A DNA stretch of 64,000 nucleotides from Ruditapes philippinarum (taxonomy: Eukaryota). The notes below the pieces were generated by a model that did not search any database, was not told where the DNA came from, and was given only the letters and a program-made list of their open reading frames with translations. The translations under genes and the position numbers were made by a program. Numbering within the stretch: the stretch's first letter is position 1; each line of letters opens with the position of its first letter. This document shows positions 41,754 through 56,100 of this stretch, one piece after another. Where the stretch lies: NCBI RefSeq assembly GCF_026571515.1, contig NW_026852123.1:310001-374000 (forward strand), given 5' to 3'.

Positions 41754-44700
41754 AACAGAAACAATAATGATATAGGTTTTGGCTTAAACTTGTTCTGGTT
41801 CTTTATTTACATAATCTTTAAGTACGTGCTGTGTACATAAAAATCGCCAAGTTTATATCAGGAATTAAAAATACATACACATTTATTGCATTAAAGAAAT
41901 TATCAAATATTTATGTATGTGCAAACCATAACATAGGATATGTTCTACCAAATATTGTCAACAAAACCTTACTTAATTGAAAAAAAAAACTTTAATAAAG
42001 GATTGTTTAGGATTCTAGGATTACTTTCTTACAAGATTCGTAATTAGTTCTATTTTAGTACTTTATTCTGACACTGTGAACTTTCATGAAACTTTACATA
42101 ATATAAGCAGTCTGACATGCCCCGGTCATTTCTCAGCCTTGTACGCTCTCTCGTTTTCGGTGCACCGGTTCGGTGCCTTCTAGGTACCCTGCTAGTGTCG
42201 TTGGTTGGGTTGTGTCGGTAACAGCGTTGCTTTGTTGCTTTTTGTTCTTATTTTTTCGTAGAACGGCACCGAAAAAATTGAGTGTCATGTATGGTTTTAT
42301 TGTAATAGACAAAATGATTTTCAAATATGTTTTGTGTAACTATAAAGATAGTATGATATTGGATTTACTATGTAAACATCTTTGATTGTACATTTCTAAA
42401 GATATTTTCATGGTTAAAATTTGTTATATCAACAGGGAGGACCATCGTTTAAAACAAGCGTATTTTCTGTGATGCCTAGATTAGATAAATAGATTTTATA
42501 TCAATAAAACATAAACGCAATTACGGGGATAAATTTGATTTTATAAAAGCACAACAATGTGTTGATTGTATTAAAGGGATATTCAGGCAAAATAATGACA
42601 AAAATATTAAAATGCTCTTATGCACTCAAATCACGATAAAATAACTTTTCATGAAGTTTCAGCATGAATTTCTGTTTAAATTCTATATATTTCGGGTTTA
42701 AAGCGTAAATATATTTATATATATTGAACAAAATGAAAACGCCAATAGAATCGCCAAATGGTTTTTAAACAAGTCAGATGACTTGAACAAACCCTTGAAG
42801 TTACAAAAACAGATATTGTGGATATTGTATGATTGAAACAAGCCTAATTCATTCATTAGACATGTTCTTTAACGTTTCCAGAGTTCACTTTGACAACTTT
42901 TGTGAAATGCTAGCGTTCTAACCTGACCCACGCAGGCCAAGTTAGGAAACCTCCATTTATTTCTTTATATGGAGAAAAGTTTTGTTCCTTTGACTGCCTA
43001 ATATATTCATTTTGAGGACATTTACAGAAAAATGAATGAAAAAGTAAAAACTAAGAAGTGAAAATTTTGCCTGTGTCTCCCTTTAAGATGAATTTTGAAT
43101 CACAGATTCACTGAAATGGTCATTCCAGATTAAGTGTTCGAGGAAAACTTCAGATAAACAAAAAGATGGATTGAAAGAGAGAAAATGGACAAGTATATGT
43201 CAAGTCGCGTTCTTTTTTCTTTTTCTGATTCTTTAATTGCTACTTCATTTTTGTGTCTGAAAACTTCGCATCTTATATGATTCACGGACCTTCCTTCGTC
43301 GGTAAAATCCGAAAAGATACCGTACACTTCTAGTGCGACTAACTCCAAACTTGACCGAGACATAAATTAATAGGTTTTAGTTTCATACAATTAATATTGC
43401 TGATTAAAGTCTGATATGTCCCGAAAATGTTTAAGTCTTTTGTCGTTGGTTATTGATATGTAACTCTTGTCGTAGAATTTTACCAGAGTTGATGATGTCT
43501 GTGAAATGAATCAGAAATTGATTTCTGCATAACTTGAAAAACATGAACAGTTTAAATAATGCATAAATATATTATTTATCTCTCTCGACTGATTTTGTAT
43601 AATTTACACAACATAACCTCGTAAAGACGAAACAATTTGAAGAATTAAAAAGTGTATTCGTTTACTGTCAATAGTTCTATCTTTGGCGATTCAACTGATG
43701 TATTCTTTTTAAGTTTATTTTATAGCTGAACACAAAGCCTGTAATTTTAAATTCATATTCAACTTGTTTATCATGATTATTTATTATTTTTACTTGCCGT
43801 TAAAATTTTGTATTTTAAATAAGAAATGTATTTTAATGAAAACACAATTTGAGAAATCTTTTTCCATTGTGAAGACAACAAACATATACCCGCATTTGTA
43901 TAAGTGTGTATTCAACAAAGTGTCAAACAGACTCTTTGACTTCTTTGTATGGTGTAAAATAAATATAATATGTAAATCATCAATTGTAAAAGATATGTTC
44001 GTAGGCGGTAAAATATCTTTTCAATGTGAAAATTAGTATGAATCTTTGGTCTTGTTTTAGAAAAAGTAGATATTCAAGTTTCACGCGCATAAATCGGAGG
44101 CTTTTTTATACGAATACCAGAAACACACACGCTGATTCTTGTTTAGACCTGTTTTCAAGAGGAATACGTTGAAGAAATAAACTGTAGCTTTAAAGGCACA
44201 TTATGCCTCAGAAATGAAGAAACTGTTAATTTCTTAAGAAAGGGCAAACTTGAGGATTTTTTTTAATAATGGTTAAGGAGCATGTTAGATACTTGTTATC
44301 TGAAGAAAGTAGTGTTCGATGTGTCATAAGTGGTCATAAAATAGTAGTAAAATGTAAACAAAGGAGTACTTTTACTTTTATACAAAATACTATATCACTA
44401 TTATTTTACTTATTGCCAAAGACAACAGAAGAAAAAATGGTCCAGTACAATAGTTAATTATTGTGAACTTATAAAACAGAAGAAAAAAATATCAGGCCTT
44501 AGTTGTTATGAAATTAAAAGACAGCAAAATATTATAAAAGCTTGGAAACCAAACTGTGCCTGTAGCTAAAATAAACAACTCGCCTGTGATAGATTAACCT
44601 GACAGATTCTCGAGACCATTCTACATTTAAACAAGTCATGATTATCAGGAAATTGTTGGTTGAACAATTGATTGTGTTTTGTTGTTTGGGTTTTAGTTTG

Positions 44701-45878
44701 TATTTTGTTTTTTGTTATATAATACTTTTTGTAACCGACTACACTGTAATTTTGTCGGAATAATGGAATAAACGGTAAATAAACCTAAACATTCAGCAGT
44801 TAATAGGGGTGTAATTACTATAATGACTTCGATCTGATCGCTCAAACAACTTGTTCTATAAAGCTGTATTATTGATATCAATATCATTCGGGTATAAAAA
44901 AATATATTTTTAAATACTATTATATAATAAATGTACGGACGTCGGATGACTGATAAATACATCTTAATATGCTTGAAAATGATTCTCCTCGATGAAACAG
45001 TCAGTTCATCCAGTTCAAAATACAAAAAGGCAATACAAAAATTTATGTCAATGTTGCTTACATTTATAAATATAGTTGATGTAGACTGTGCAACATACTG
45101 TATGTATTAATTATTTATCTTTCTTTTCTATATTCTATTACACTTCCTTGGACATTAATACGCCATGTGTTTTTACGAACTACTGACTCAAAATCGATTG
45201 CTTGTATTCCTGCACTTACATTGTGTCGGTAAACAGTACTTTATGGATCGTATTGAACGCTTAACTTCAAAACAACTTGTTTTGTGCGTTAAATTGATTC
45301 TAACACTAATTTTGATCGGGAAATTTTCAAATTGATAATCTCTAAAGAAATATATTGTCAAAATACGATGTTGTAACATACGTCATAAAATCCTAATTGG
45401 TAAACTACTAATAATCTTCATGTAGCATTTGCGATTTTTGACCACATAAAAACATAAACATATCCGAAGAAACTATTTTGGCTACAATATTTTGAATGAT
45501 ATACACTGGTGCTTAAAAGACTAGATACTCGTGAACATCGATTGCTCTGTTCGAATAACAGAAAAATATGAGTATTTGGATACCTATAGGAGCTAAAGTC
45601 TGTAATCTTATTACAGGAAATGACAAAAATGAATTTTAAGACAAAAATGTTTTGTTTTATTCTCTTATTATATAAGAAGAAGACATCTCAATGAAAGAAA
45701 ATGTTATTGCAAAATTTAAAAAACAAACATCACAATATAAATATCTAAAAATGTAAATATATATATAACTAATCTAAAGATGACAGCGATGTAGATGAGA
45801 GTCGATATAAAATTGCACTTATCCCCAAGAAGTTATAGCCTGTTTTATAAAAGAAAGAAAATATGCACTCTTTATCGC

Positions 45879-48129
45879 TCAATCGTTCGAATTATGCACT
45901 TTTATGCTGCTAAACAATTTTCCAGCAGCAGCAAAACAAGGCTCAATAAAGGAATGAACTAACACTCCGTACACTTTCTGTAATGGTTTCACTTGAATGG
46001 AGAAACTCCGGATGCTTGGCTGGTAATACCAAATCATGCAAAATGAAAGGCACGCAAAATGGAGACCCCAGCACAAAGCGCAAGGAACACCACAAAGCGC
46101 TGACAGAAATTTGTAACACCAAAGCTTTGTGTCGGTGAAAATCCGATAGGTCGCGCCCCAGATGGTTCCAAAACTGTACGTTCCCTCCGGTTCCGCAAAA
46201 ATCTCTTCAAAATCAATCTAAAAAAATGTATTAACGTAAATAACATAAAATTCAAAGCAGATTTCAACATGACTTTTTTGTTTGCAATTCTAAAATAGGC
46301 AAGTGAGTTATTACAATGGGGCTTAATGGCGACACAAAAAAATCAAACGTAATACAACTGACTGGAATATGTCAAACTATATTTAGTAGTAATATATTTA
46401 ATTTGAACAGTATAAACAAGACAACATATGCAGCAAAGACAAATTGGTCTGGACACGTGATGAAAGCCATAAATACGGACCTATGCGTCTGCTTCTTTTT
46501 TTTTTCTTTGAAATGTTGTAATCAAGAATTTTACCCTTTGTTCACATGGTATTATGAATAAGAATCTGACATTTTTAGGAAAAACTAGAATATTTTTTAA
46601 AAGAAAATATTTTTTTTATTATTATTATTATTTATTCATTTACACGTTCTTATATGAATAAATGTTTCATTTCAACATATTTGGATTTAAAGTTTTCTAC
46701 ATGTATTATAATTATGTATCTTTAAACACGGTGTATTTTTAAAGCCCAAGCTGGGTAACACCGTTTATCAGCAAAGTAATATGTCTAAAGGTGGGTCTAA
46801 AGAGATTGGGGCCAACCCCCCATACCTTGCATTTTTATTTCATATATTAAATTGTCATTAAACTATAATATTTTGCTAATGTTCACAATAAAAGTCAAGA
46901 TAAAATGTATAAATCTATACATCTGCTATCTGCAGTCCACTGTCATTGGTTAAATTAAAATAATTATAATAATAATTCCAAAATATTTGTGTGAAAAAAA
47001 GTTTAAATATTTCTATGTATCATGCTTATGGTGCGTTTAAGAAAACATTGTTAAGCGATCAAAATCCTATTTTGAAATGTCAGCATAAAATTTTGTTCCG
47101 GAATATTTTAATCTGTCTAATATTTATGTTTGATACAATGCATAATTGATTTTAATGAATTGATCCAAATTTTAATCCTGATTTGAAACTGATCGTTTAA
47201 TTATCTTTACACTTACTATTGTACTTTCTAGATAATAATATGACATGATTTTATGCCAATTAGCAGATTTTATTTTCATTCATTATTATAATGCAAGAAA
47301 AGGAAATGTTTTCATCCCAATTTATCGATATAACATGCTTAAACCCATAGAAACAAAACTAGGATCAGTTGATCCTTATCCTATTTATTTTCCTTTTTAC
47401 ACCGGACATGAGGTATATGCACCTAGATAGTAAATATTCAGAAATGCTAGGAAACCTACATTATTCACTTATTATTACGTATTATTGATATTTTTGCTCC
47501 ATTTTTTAACGTTAGCGTTAAATGATTATTAGATTGTTTCATCAAGTTATTAACACATTGTTTTAGAATAATGAACATATGAGTGAAAATTATCTTACCT
47601 TTACTATGCCATTTACATCCTCGGGATCTCTGTTTTCTGGTATTTTACTTTTCTTTCCCTTCATGTTTATTGGTTTAGTTTTTGTTTTCGTTTTAGTTGC
47701 TTGTTTAGTCTTTGCGTTTGGTTTCGGAGACACGCTATGAGTGCTGGCACGAGTAGATTGCAGGTTCGGCGACATCGATGGTGATGAATTATGTGTCAAA
47801 ACCGGTTGTTCTTCAATTGATGACTTTTTGAAAGCTAGCATAGCTCTTGGTGATGCCGGTGCGGTGCTTGGTGATCCCGTATCAATTACTGGCGACTTTA
47901 TTTGCGCGACTTCTACCGTTGCGGGTCCGTCACTTATGTCACTGTGGTATGATTGTCCAGAACGCCGTCGCGTGTTATTTAGACGGATTACGTTTAAATC
48001 CTCAAAAGAAGACGTAGACGCCGATGATGCTCCGCTGGAACGCCGAGATTTATCATTTACGCGTTCATTTAGAGGAATATCCACTGATGGAGGCTCCATC
48101 ATATTCGCTTCCTTCTCATCGTCTGACAT
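45879..48129 (-). CDS. CAV: Canonical-type caveolin with long Ser/Pro/Lys-rich N-terminal extension, 289 aa; exons 48129-47599, 46217-45879
   Basis: 177-codon exon ending ..IPENRDPEDVNGIVK|gtaag, joined to tag|IDFEEIFAEPEGTYSFGTIWGATYRIFTDTKLWCYKFLSALCGVPCALCWGLHFA...FSSIKVHNSND*; an additional upstream exon cannot be excluded. Confidence 0.9.
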
Positions 48130-48754
48130 GATTATATCCTAATGTTTAGGTAGATCTACAACAGAAAAAGCAGAAACTAATCTCCCGATTTTTGTTTTTG
48201 ATCTATTGTTACGTGTCTATTATTTACCAAGAGAAGCTATCTCTATATTCTAGCTGTGCAATCACTAAGTATTACCATGGGACATTACGGGGGTCTGTTT
48301 TACATCTTAATTCTGAACCAAATGTAACTTTCATTACAGTAATTGGAAAAGCTTATACATTATCCTCACTCCGGAAAATATGACCAAGTGACACGTGAAA
48401 AACGTGCGTTTTTACTCATATTTTTATACATCCCAATTAGGTAATTAACTGCCGTGTCATCATTTATTTTTCATAAGATTGTATTTAGGTAATGTCACAT
48501 ATAATGGAGAGCTCCGCAACACCATCCCTGTACTTATGATAAGAGAAATTAAATAATATATATATCAAAGATAAAAGAACAAAGTATCTTAATTAATCAA
48601 TTAACTATATTAATTGATAAAATACATTTTGCAAATATAACTTAATATCAATCTGTTTCATGTGACATGTTTTTGCGTCTTTAAATGGCTAAAACACATT
48701 ACCAGCAATAAAGTATTTTGAGTCCGAGGAATTAAAATAAAGGGTCAGCTAAAA

Positions 48755-48830
48755 TGTTGTTGTTGTTGTTTTTGTTGTTGTTGTTTTTTGTTGTTTTGTT
48801 GTTGTTGTTTTTTATTGTTGTTTTCTTTTG
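48755..48830. repeat. Imperfect (TTG)n microsatellite
   Basis: tgttgttgttgttgtttttgttgttgttg... Confidence 0.85.
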
Positions 48831-49505
48831 TAAAACATCTTTAACACAGCATTCATGAAGTGCAGATAAAACTTAATATTGATTAGTGAAAAAAATTTAG
48901 TTAATGTCACTTATTCTAAAAATTGATAAAATTCAGGTTTATTAAAGTAGCAATGCTTCTACATGCATGTTCATGATAATTTTCATAAATTTTGTGAAGT
49001 AATTTACTCTTGCAATCCACATGAATTACGAACAAAAGGTCAAAATTTGCGAATTATTGTGATATAATACTGCAAAAATCAGAAATTAATCGCACATTAC
49101 ATGTATTTTCCTTAAAGACTTGGTACATTTTTTCTCAAGTCTGAACTCTTTAAGACATTTTGTCTCATCTGGGGGCATTCAGCTTTAAAGTGTATATGGA
49201 AAAGTTTAATGTCAGTATGATTATTTTTTTCTACCTTTTTATATAGAAGAAGAAAAGCTGATTCATCATCAGATTTAAGAGTCATTCTCTATTCATCGTT
49301 ATGACGTCTTGAAAACGTGCGTTTCATAGTGAAATGAATTAAACGCCTATTGATCCAAGTGTGGTGTTTTTTCCCAATTGTGTTGAATGCAAAGCCATTA
49401 ATTTGAACATGATCAATAGTTTTGTTTACGTCCCTTTAAGAGATGAAAGCATTTCTAATCTTTAGTTCTATCTGTTTGTGTGTTTTTAGTATGTTAGTTT
49501 GTGGG

Positions 49506-49641
49506 NNNNNNNNNNNNNNNNNNNNNNNNNNNNNNNNNNNNNNNNNNNNNNNNNNNNNNNNNNNNNNNNNNNNNNNNNNNNNNNNNNNNNNNNNNNNNNN
49601 NNNNNNNNNNNNNNNNNNNNNNNNNNNNNNNNNNNNNNNNN
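49506..49641. other. Assembly gap (136 N)
   Basis: Run of N. Confidence 1.
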
Positions 49642-51542
49642 TCTAAGCAATGGTAAGTTGGATTACGAAATACATTAGATACCTTTACCGCTCTTTCTTC
49701 ATTTGTTCTGACTTTGTATCTAGGATGACTGAAACTTATAGGAGAGTTTCCAGTATAATGTATCAAGTTACAGTAAAGAAAAAAATTAAACCATGAATAA
49801 TCCTGATCAAGCTAAATACCTGAAATTGATTTGTCCATTTTTCAACCCTCATCACGCTAAATATCTGAGATGGACTTGTCCGTATTTCAATCTGGACAAA
49901 ACCATCTATCATTTTAGGATTTTTTTTCAAAAAGTACTGACCATATAGCAAACAAGGCAGACCATGATTAAATCTGATGTGCCGGGTCAGCTCAATCTTC
50001 ACTGGACGCATGTGTCGAGTAAGTTGCTACCAAATGTGTGAAGAGGCCAATGGTTAAAGATTAATACTTCTGTCGGAATCATTGTTAAAACTGATTTCAT
50101 TCAACGCATTTTTTTTTTAAAAATCTGTATTTGGTGCTTATATGTGCACGATTACCATCGGGTTATTTGCTAACATGCTTTAAATATGATTTGAAAATAA
50201 GTCAATGCTTAATAAGGACTATTTCTTGATTTTCAATTATCAGGGTTTCATTAAATAAATAGATACTTGTACAATTTTCTTTCCCTTTTACATCACCACG
50301 CGTTATATGTTTATTTAAATTTTGCCGCTCTTATGAAGTTTATATCGTAGTCACGTGGTTTAGCGTTGACGTTCCAATTTGATATTTTTTCCGATATTGA
50401 CTGTTTACGTACTACGTAGTGTGAAATTTAAATCAAAGGTGGTTTAAGTATGAAAATCGATATAGCACTTTTTGTATACCGTTAACATGTTAAGTACAGA
50501 ACAAATAGCAAATCTGTAAATATCCGTCCATAAATTAACTATTCTTAATTTCATTGTAAAATGTATCAATGACGGCGTAGTTGAAAGCAATGAACACAAC
50601 TAAACGCAGTGAAGTGATACATTTTCTTTCGTTGTATAACTTATGTAGTTCGTACATAAACGATGCTTTTATTCTTTTTTTCTGTTTTTTTTCTCTCTAT
50701 TTTAAAGCGTGGAGAAATATACTTTCAAAATCACGTTTTCATATTCATGTCTGAAGAAAACATTTTATCAAAAGTGTCTCTGGTGTTAAACACACAATCA
50801 TATACACGTACATAAGTAAATGTTCATAATATTATACAAAATATTTTAAAGCTGATTTCTGTAGGCTTGGTGATGATTTCGCGCAATATTCGTCCCATTT
50901 CATTTTTTCACGAACATAAAAAATTCATCAAAATAACCCGAATATGAAAAATGTTTGGCCGTTTTAAACTCAAATTTGTCTCGCACAAAAACACGATTTT
51001 CAATTCAATTTTGAGTACATTTTTGCATTATCTTTAACTAATCTTTCCGTTTCCTGTTTGAAGTAAGAAATTCAAATTAAATGCTTTAAGATTTTTGGAC
51101 CTCAGTGGAGTTTCTTTAGATGATTGAAAATATTTCACGTCATATCTTTTCAAGTAGTTAACTTATTTTTGATAAAAGATTATTATTTGAACCCGTGTGA
51201 GATTTCAGTGGGGCGTATTTTTACATTTTAGGCGAATTATTTCAAGTATTTGAACAAGCTCGGGTAACTTCATGTTTTTATAGTAAAGCTGTAAATCACG
51301 GCTTATCAAATTAAATAAGACAGAATTAAAATAAAGTTTTTTTATTATCCTTTTATCATGTTGATAAAATAAATAAACAAATCCTTTTTAAAAAAAGAAC
51401 AAAATTTATTGAACTATAATGTCAAGACTTTTAATTTCATTCAAATTCAACAAAATGATCGTGTTGCTAAAAGTTTCATAAGTTAATTCGTATGCTAAAA
51501 GTTGTTGTCTATAAAATTCCATTCGCCCACGTTTTTGTTCAG

Positions 51543-52415
51543 TTAAGATTTCTTGAAAGCGCTGAAGAATAAGCTGCACGTCTGGCAGCACGGTTCACAT
51601 GCACACGTGACACACTGAGCCCAGACTTTCTTCAGGAAACCGCAGTTTAGATCCATGTATTTGATGCATGGTGTGAAACACCAAATATGGAGAAGAGACG
51701 CTTGTGCGAACTCACAACCAAGCTCCGCAGCGATACAGATTCCGCAAAGAAGTGTTGCGACTTTGTAGCATATGCCCTTCCATAGATTGAAGCACGTGTA
51801 AGACAACTTCCACACGCAGTCAATGCTGTGTGTTCCCTCCGGTTCGGCTAAAACATCTTCAAACTTGCACTGAAATGATAATAGAATATTAATACCAACA
51901 TACAGTAAATTGAATGACATTCATTTCATATTTCAAACGGAACACTGAAAGGTAATCAATTTTGATAAATATTTGCGGCAAAAAGTGCACGAGTTATAAA
52001 TGCGCTGAAGAAAGGTGAAATCGTCACAGATTATATAATTAGCCTTAATATCTATTAAGCGGTGCTACATTTATCTGATAAAAATAGGAATTTATAAATA
52101 TTGTCTTACTCAATGTTAAAAATGATTTGCTTTGCTGAAATCAGTTGATTTCTTATATTCCTCAAGTCATTTTGCATCCAATCAAAGTGTCGGAAATCAG
52201 ATCTACTATGTAAGTTAATAAATCACTGTTTATGACATTAAGTTAGGGTGCGAAAATAATAATATAAAGATAAAATAAATAAATAATAAATAATAATATA
52301 AAGATGTTCAAAATATTTAGTAAATAAAAGATAACAAAAAAATTATTGTACTTACTGAAAGATGGTCGTTGATATTATTAGGATCTCTGTTTTCAAGGTC
52401 AACACTATCAGACAT
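51543..52415 (-). CDS. CAV: Caveolin, Cys-rich short-C-terminus type, 128 aa; exons 52415-52356, 51869-51543
   Basis: MSDSVDLENRDPNNINDHLS|CKFEDVLAEPEGTHSIDCVW...FFSAFKKS*. Confidence 0.93.
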
Positions 52416-53094
52416 TGTGTTTTTATGCCAGTTTCTTTCACAAATAATTAGTCAAAATATGTACCAGGGTCTATGTTTGAATCCGCAACAACAGTTCTGC
52501 AGCCGTTTATATACGGTGTCACCGGTCTGTCTTAAACGGCTTAGACACCATGGGAATACTGGCTTTGCTTATTTGACCAGGCCAAGGTAATCCTTCTATT
52601 AGCCTTAGAACTACACATGGTCATTACATCCGGGACATACAGCCTCCGTAATTACCTGAATTACTTCATTACTATTTGTTGAGCAAATTTGTTTCTATAT
52701 ATTCCTCTATTTACACATCCACATGTAATATTTTATTTGATTATATGGATGTATCTGAAAGCTAAAAACATCAGGTATGTTAATGACACTATTGTAGTTT
52801 TAACTTGTCAAATGTATTCGAAAGTTTGTCTCTTGTTCAATATATTCGGCAGCTTCATGCAAAAATATTTTGTCAAAGTTGTCAAAGTTATGATTTATCT
52901 AACATTCAAAATGCTTGATGCGACATTTATGAAGCAGTAAAGACATTGAACATGCAAGAAATTAGATAGTATTAGAAAATTAATCATGTAAGATATTAAA
53001 CCAAATAAAAGCTAAAATAGTTTGAAGTTGATTTCTAAAAATTTGTTTTGGCATTTAGTCACATCAAACTGCAATGGTCCACTGGCGTTTTTTC

Positions 53095-53296
53095 TTCAGC
53101 TTTTACTGGTGGAGAAAGGTGCCTTTCCACGAGCGTTCAGTCACGAGCGGTTGTTGGACCACCAGCGTTCAGTAAGCTACATTAAAAGCCTCCTAATATT
53201 AAAGAATTCAATGTCCCTCGCAGCATTTGAACCCACAGAGGTGTGGGGCAAGTGGTTGGAAGACAACGACCTTAACCACTCGGCTACAGACGCCCC
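53095..53296 (-). mobile_element. tRNA-derived SINE (same family as 34112)
   Basis: Reverse complement reads ggggcgtctgtagccgagtggttaaggtcgttgtcttccaaccacttgcccc..gtgggttcaaat. Confidence 0.75.
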
Positions 53297-53998
53297 TTAA
53301 TTTGTGATGCGACATAAATTATGCTTATAATGGTTAGTTTGAATTAGTTCGGCTAGGGATGACACTATTTGCAAAAGCCAGGCAATCCATTTTTATAAAC
53401 AATTATTTGGCTGTGGAAATGATTTCCGGTGTTCTATAGAGTACTGATGTTAAGTTATTTAATAATTCATTTAATACACAAAAATTAAGTTGGATAAGTG
53501 AAACAATTATAACGCGTTATTTCACGCGTTATTTCGTGGTTGTTGTTTTTTAATTCGATAATAAAAGTGTAAAAATGCTTACATATAGTTTATAGTTATC
53601 AGCATTGAAGTGTAGACGCGTGATAGTGTGTGTCTGGAGGTGATGGGGGGGGGGGGCAAATACCCTCCACTTACTGTCGATCTGTTATGACAAATCAAAT
53701 ATTTCTGTCAGAGTGCCAGACATAAAAACTACGCAAACAACTTGAGTATTTGGTTATCTTTTTAAAGATAATGAATGTATATATATATTCGTGTCGAGAT
53801 ATATTTACTTTGTAAACAAAACATCAAAAGACAGATCTACAAAAATATACATGTATATTTATCAAAATACAAAGACAAGAATACAAAACTATTTTATCAA
53901 AACTGTTCTCTACATTTTGGTATATATGTATGATATGTCCTATGGCGTTTTGTATCAAAATATCACAAGGTAGGATTATTACCAATCCTCGATTCTGC

Positions 53999-56100
53999 TC
54001 ACGATTTCTTAAACGCATGAAAGATCTGTCCACATGAAATACAGCACGGGTCAACACAGCACGATAGAATGATGGAATAACATTTCCTGTAATAGTGGCA
54101 GTTGATCTCTAGAGCTTTAAGAAATGGTGTAAACTGCCAGACATGGTTGAATGCAATGGATGCGAATTCACTCCCAGCTGCGCGGCAATACAGCACCCGC
54201 AGAACAGTGTTAGCATCTTGTAACAACATCCCTTCCAGCACTCAAAGCACGAGTAAGATAATCTCCAAACACAGTCTATACTCTGTACGCCTTCCGGTTC
54301 CGCCAGAACATCCTCAAATGCGCACTAAAAATAGAACAGTGTATAGTTTCAAGTTTTTATTTTTGAGAACAACATAGTTTTTACAAAATAACACTAGTGC
54401 AAACGATCAAAGATTATCATAGTTTTTCAGAAGATTATAAATTTAACAATTTATGTTGACAAGAATTTTTATGTATTTTATTTTTTATGGTATAGATCAG
54501 TCCTGCTTCGGCGCCATATGACCTTAATTGTGTGGTGCGCCGTAAAACCAAACAAAACAAATATATACATGATGTACTAGCACCCAGTTTCAATTAAAAA
54601 GGTTATAATTTCAGAGTTCATTAACGGCGACATTGACACATTACTGGTCACACCGCGCCGAACACTGTAAAACGTAGGCCTAAAAATCTTAATTTCAAGT
54701 TTTTCGGAAGTTTACAGTATTATTTTACAAAACTAGTAAATTCGTACTAGCCGATTTTTTAACGAAAGAAATGAATGCTACTTTTTCTCATTTTGGTATT
54801 CTATATGTATACGAAAATCTGAATAAACTGTGGTTCATCACAACAAAATAACCTGAAAATTGCAGGCCCTGTTTAATTGAGTCTGTGCATGAGGGATAAT
54901 GAATAAGTGCAACATCACTCACGCCTCATGCACCTGAATACACCACTTCGAAACCCCTTTCATTATACTAACATCTTAGTTGGATCCAAACAATGCAAGG
55001 ACCGAAACCAAACGCCGGTCCCTATATTGTTGAAAGCCATCCGTGATGTGTACTTTTTTGGTTAAAGTCGCCCAATATATATGGTCTTGAATAAGCTGAT
55101 ATATTATATACAAAACTTGCAGACAATAGTTTATCATAATTTTTACACAAATAAATAAGTTTATTACTATAGAAAAAGAAAAATGAACTGACCCCATAAT
55201 AAAAAATGGTAAAAGCTTATTAAAATTGGCCAATTCTTGTCAAAATCAAAAGAATCCCAAAATATGCAGATTGCATCCGGTATTTCTATTTCTATGCTTG
55301 CTCGTTTCCAAATATATTTTTACAAAATGGCCAGATGAAACTAAAAACTGAAAGTACATGATACCGAAAATTTAACGCCGATTTTGACTATAACATTTTA
55401 TTTATCTATTGTTAAATAAAGAGTTGTTAGTCTAATTCAACTGCTCCAAATGATTGTTTACTTTCTTTCTTTTGATTTTTGATATCAGATTGTGTATGTC
55501 CACTTTGCATCCATTTTACTTTTTCATAAATACTTTTTTAAAGATGTCTCGAGGATTCTCTGTTTATACTCATTTCTAAGATATATAATATTTGTTTATA
55601 ACCTGTAGTGTAGCAACTCAAAAGAATTTATTTATGTAGATATTTTAGGAAGAAAAAAAGAGATATCTTTTTTAAACATTTTTTTAAGATACTGACATTT
55701 TTATTGATGATTTTATTTCAAAACAATTTTGAGCTTAGTGCAAAACCATATTTTGTAAAACATTTTGTAAAAATGATATTCGAACAATCCTTTAAATTGT
55801 CGATCAATATTAAAATTATTTTTTTCGAAATTTTGAGATACGATAAGTTACAAAAATAGGATAGCCTTGTTATATGCGTTTGTACGTTAATTGGTAAATG
55901 AAGCGTTAAAAGTTTTACCATGTAATTGTCAAAAGGATCGACATTTATTTGTTTAGCTATAAGTTTTCTAAAATCGTGTACTTTGTTAAATCAGAATAAT
56001 TGAGCAAATATTTGACAAGTTAAGTAATGTTTAACCAACAACAAACCTGTATATGACTGTTTATACAATTTGGATCTCTGTTAATTAGGTCTACCGACAT
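53999..56100 (-). pseudogene. Caveolin with a 1-nt frameshift; exons 56100-56047, 54324-53999
   Basis: MSVDLINRDPNCINSHIQ|CAFEDVLAEPEGVQSIDCVW...CIAAQLG[-1 nt at ~54171]EFASIAFNHVW...IFHAFKKS*. The exon is 326 nt versus 327 in its neighbour; could be an assembly error. Confidence 0.75.

Noticed and set aside
47741-48142. 133-aa plus-strand ORF
   Set aside because: Antisense shadow of the long caveolin first exon.
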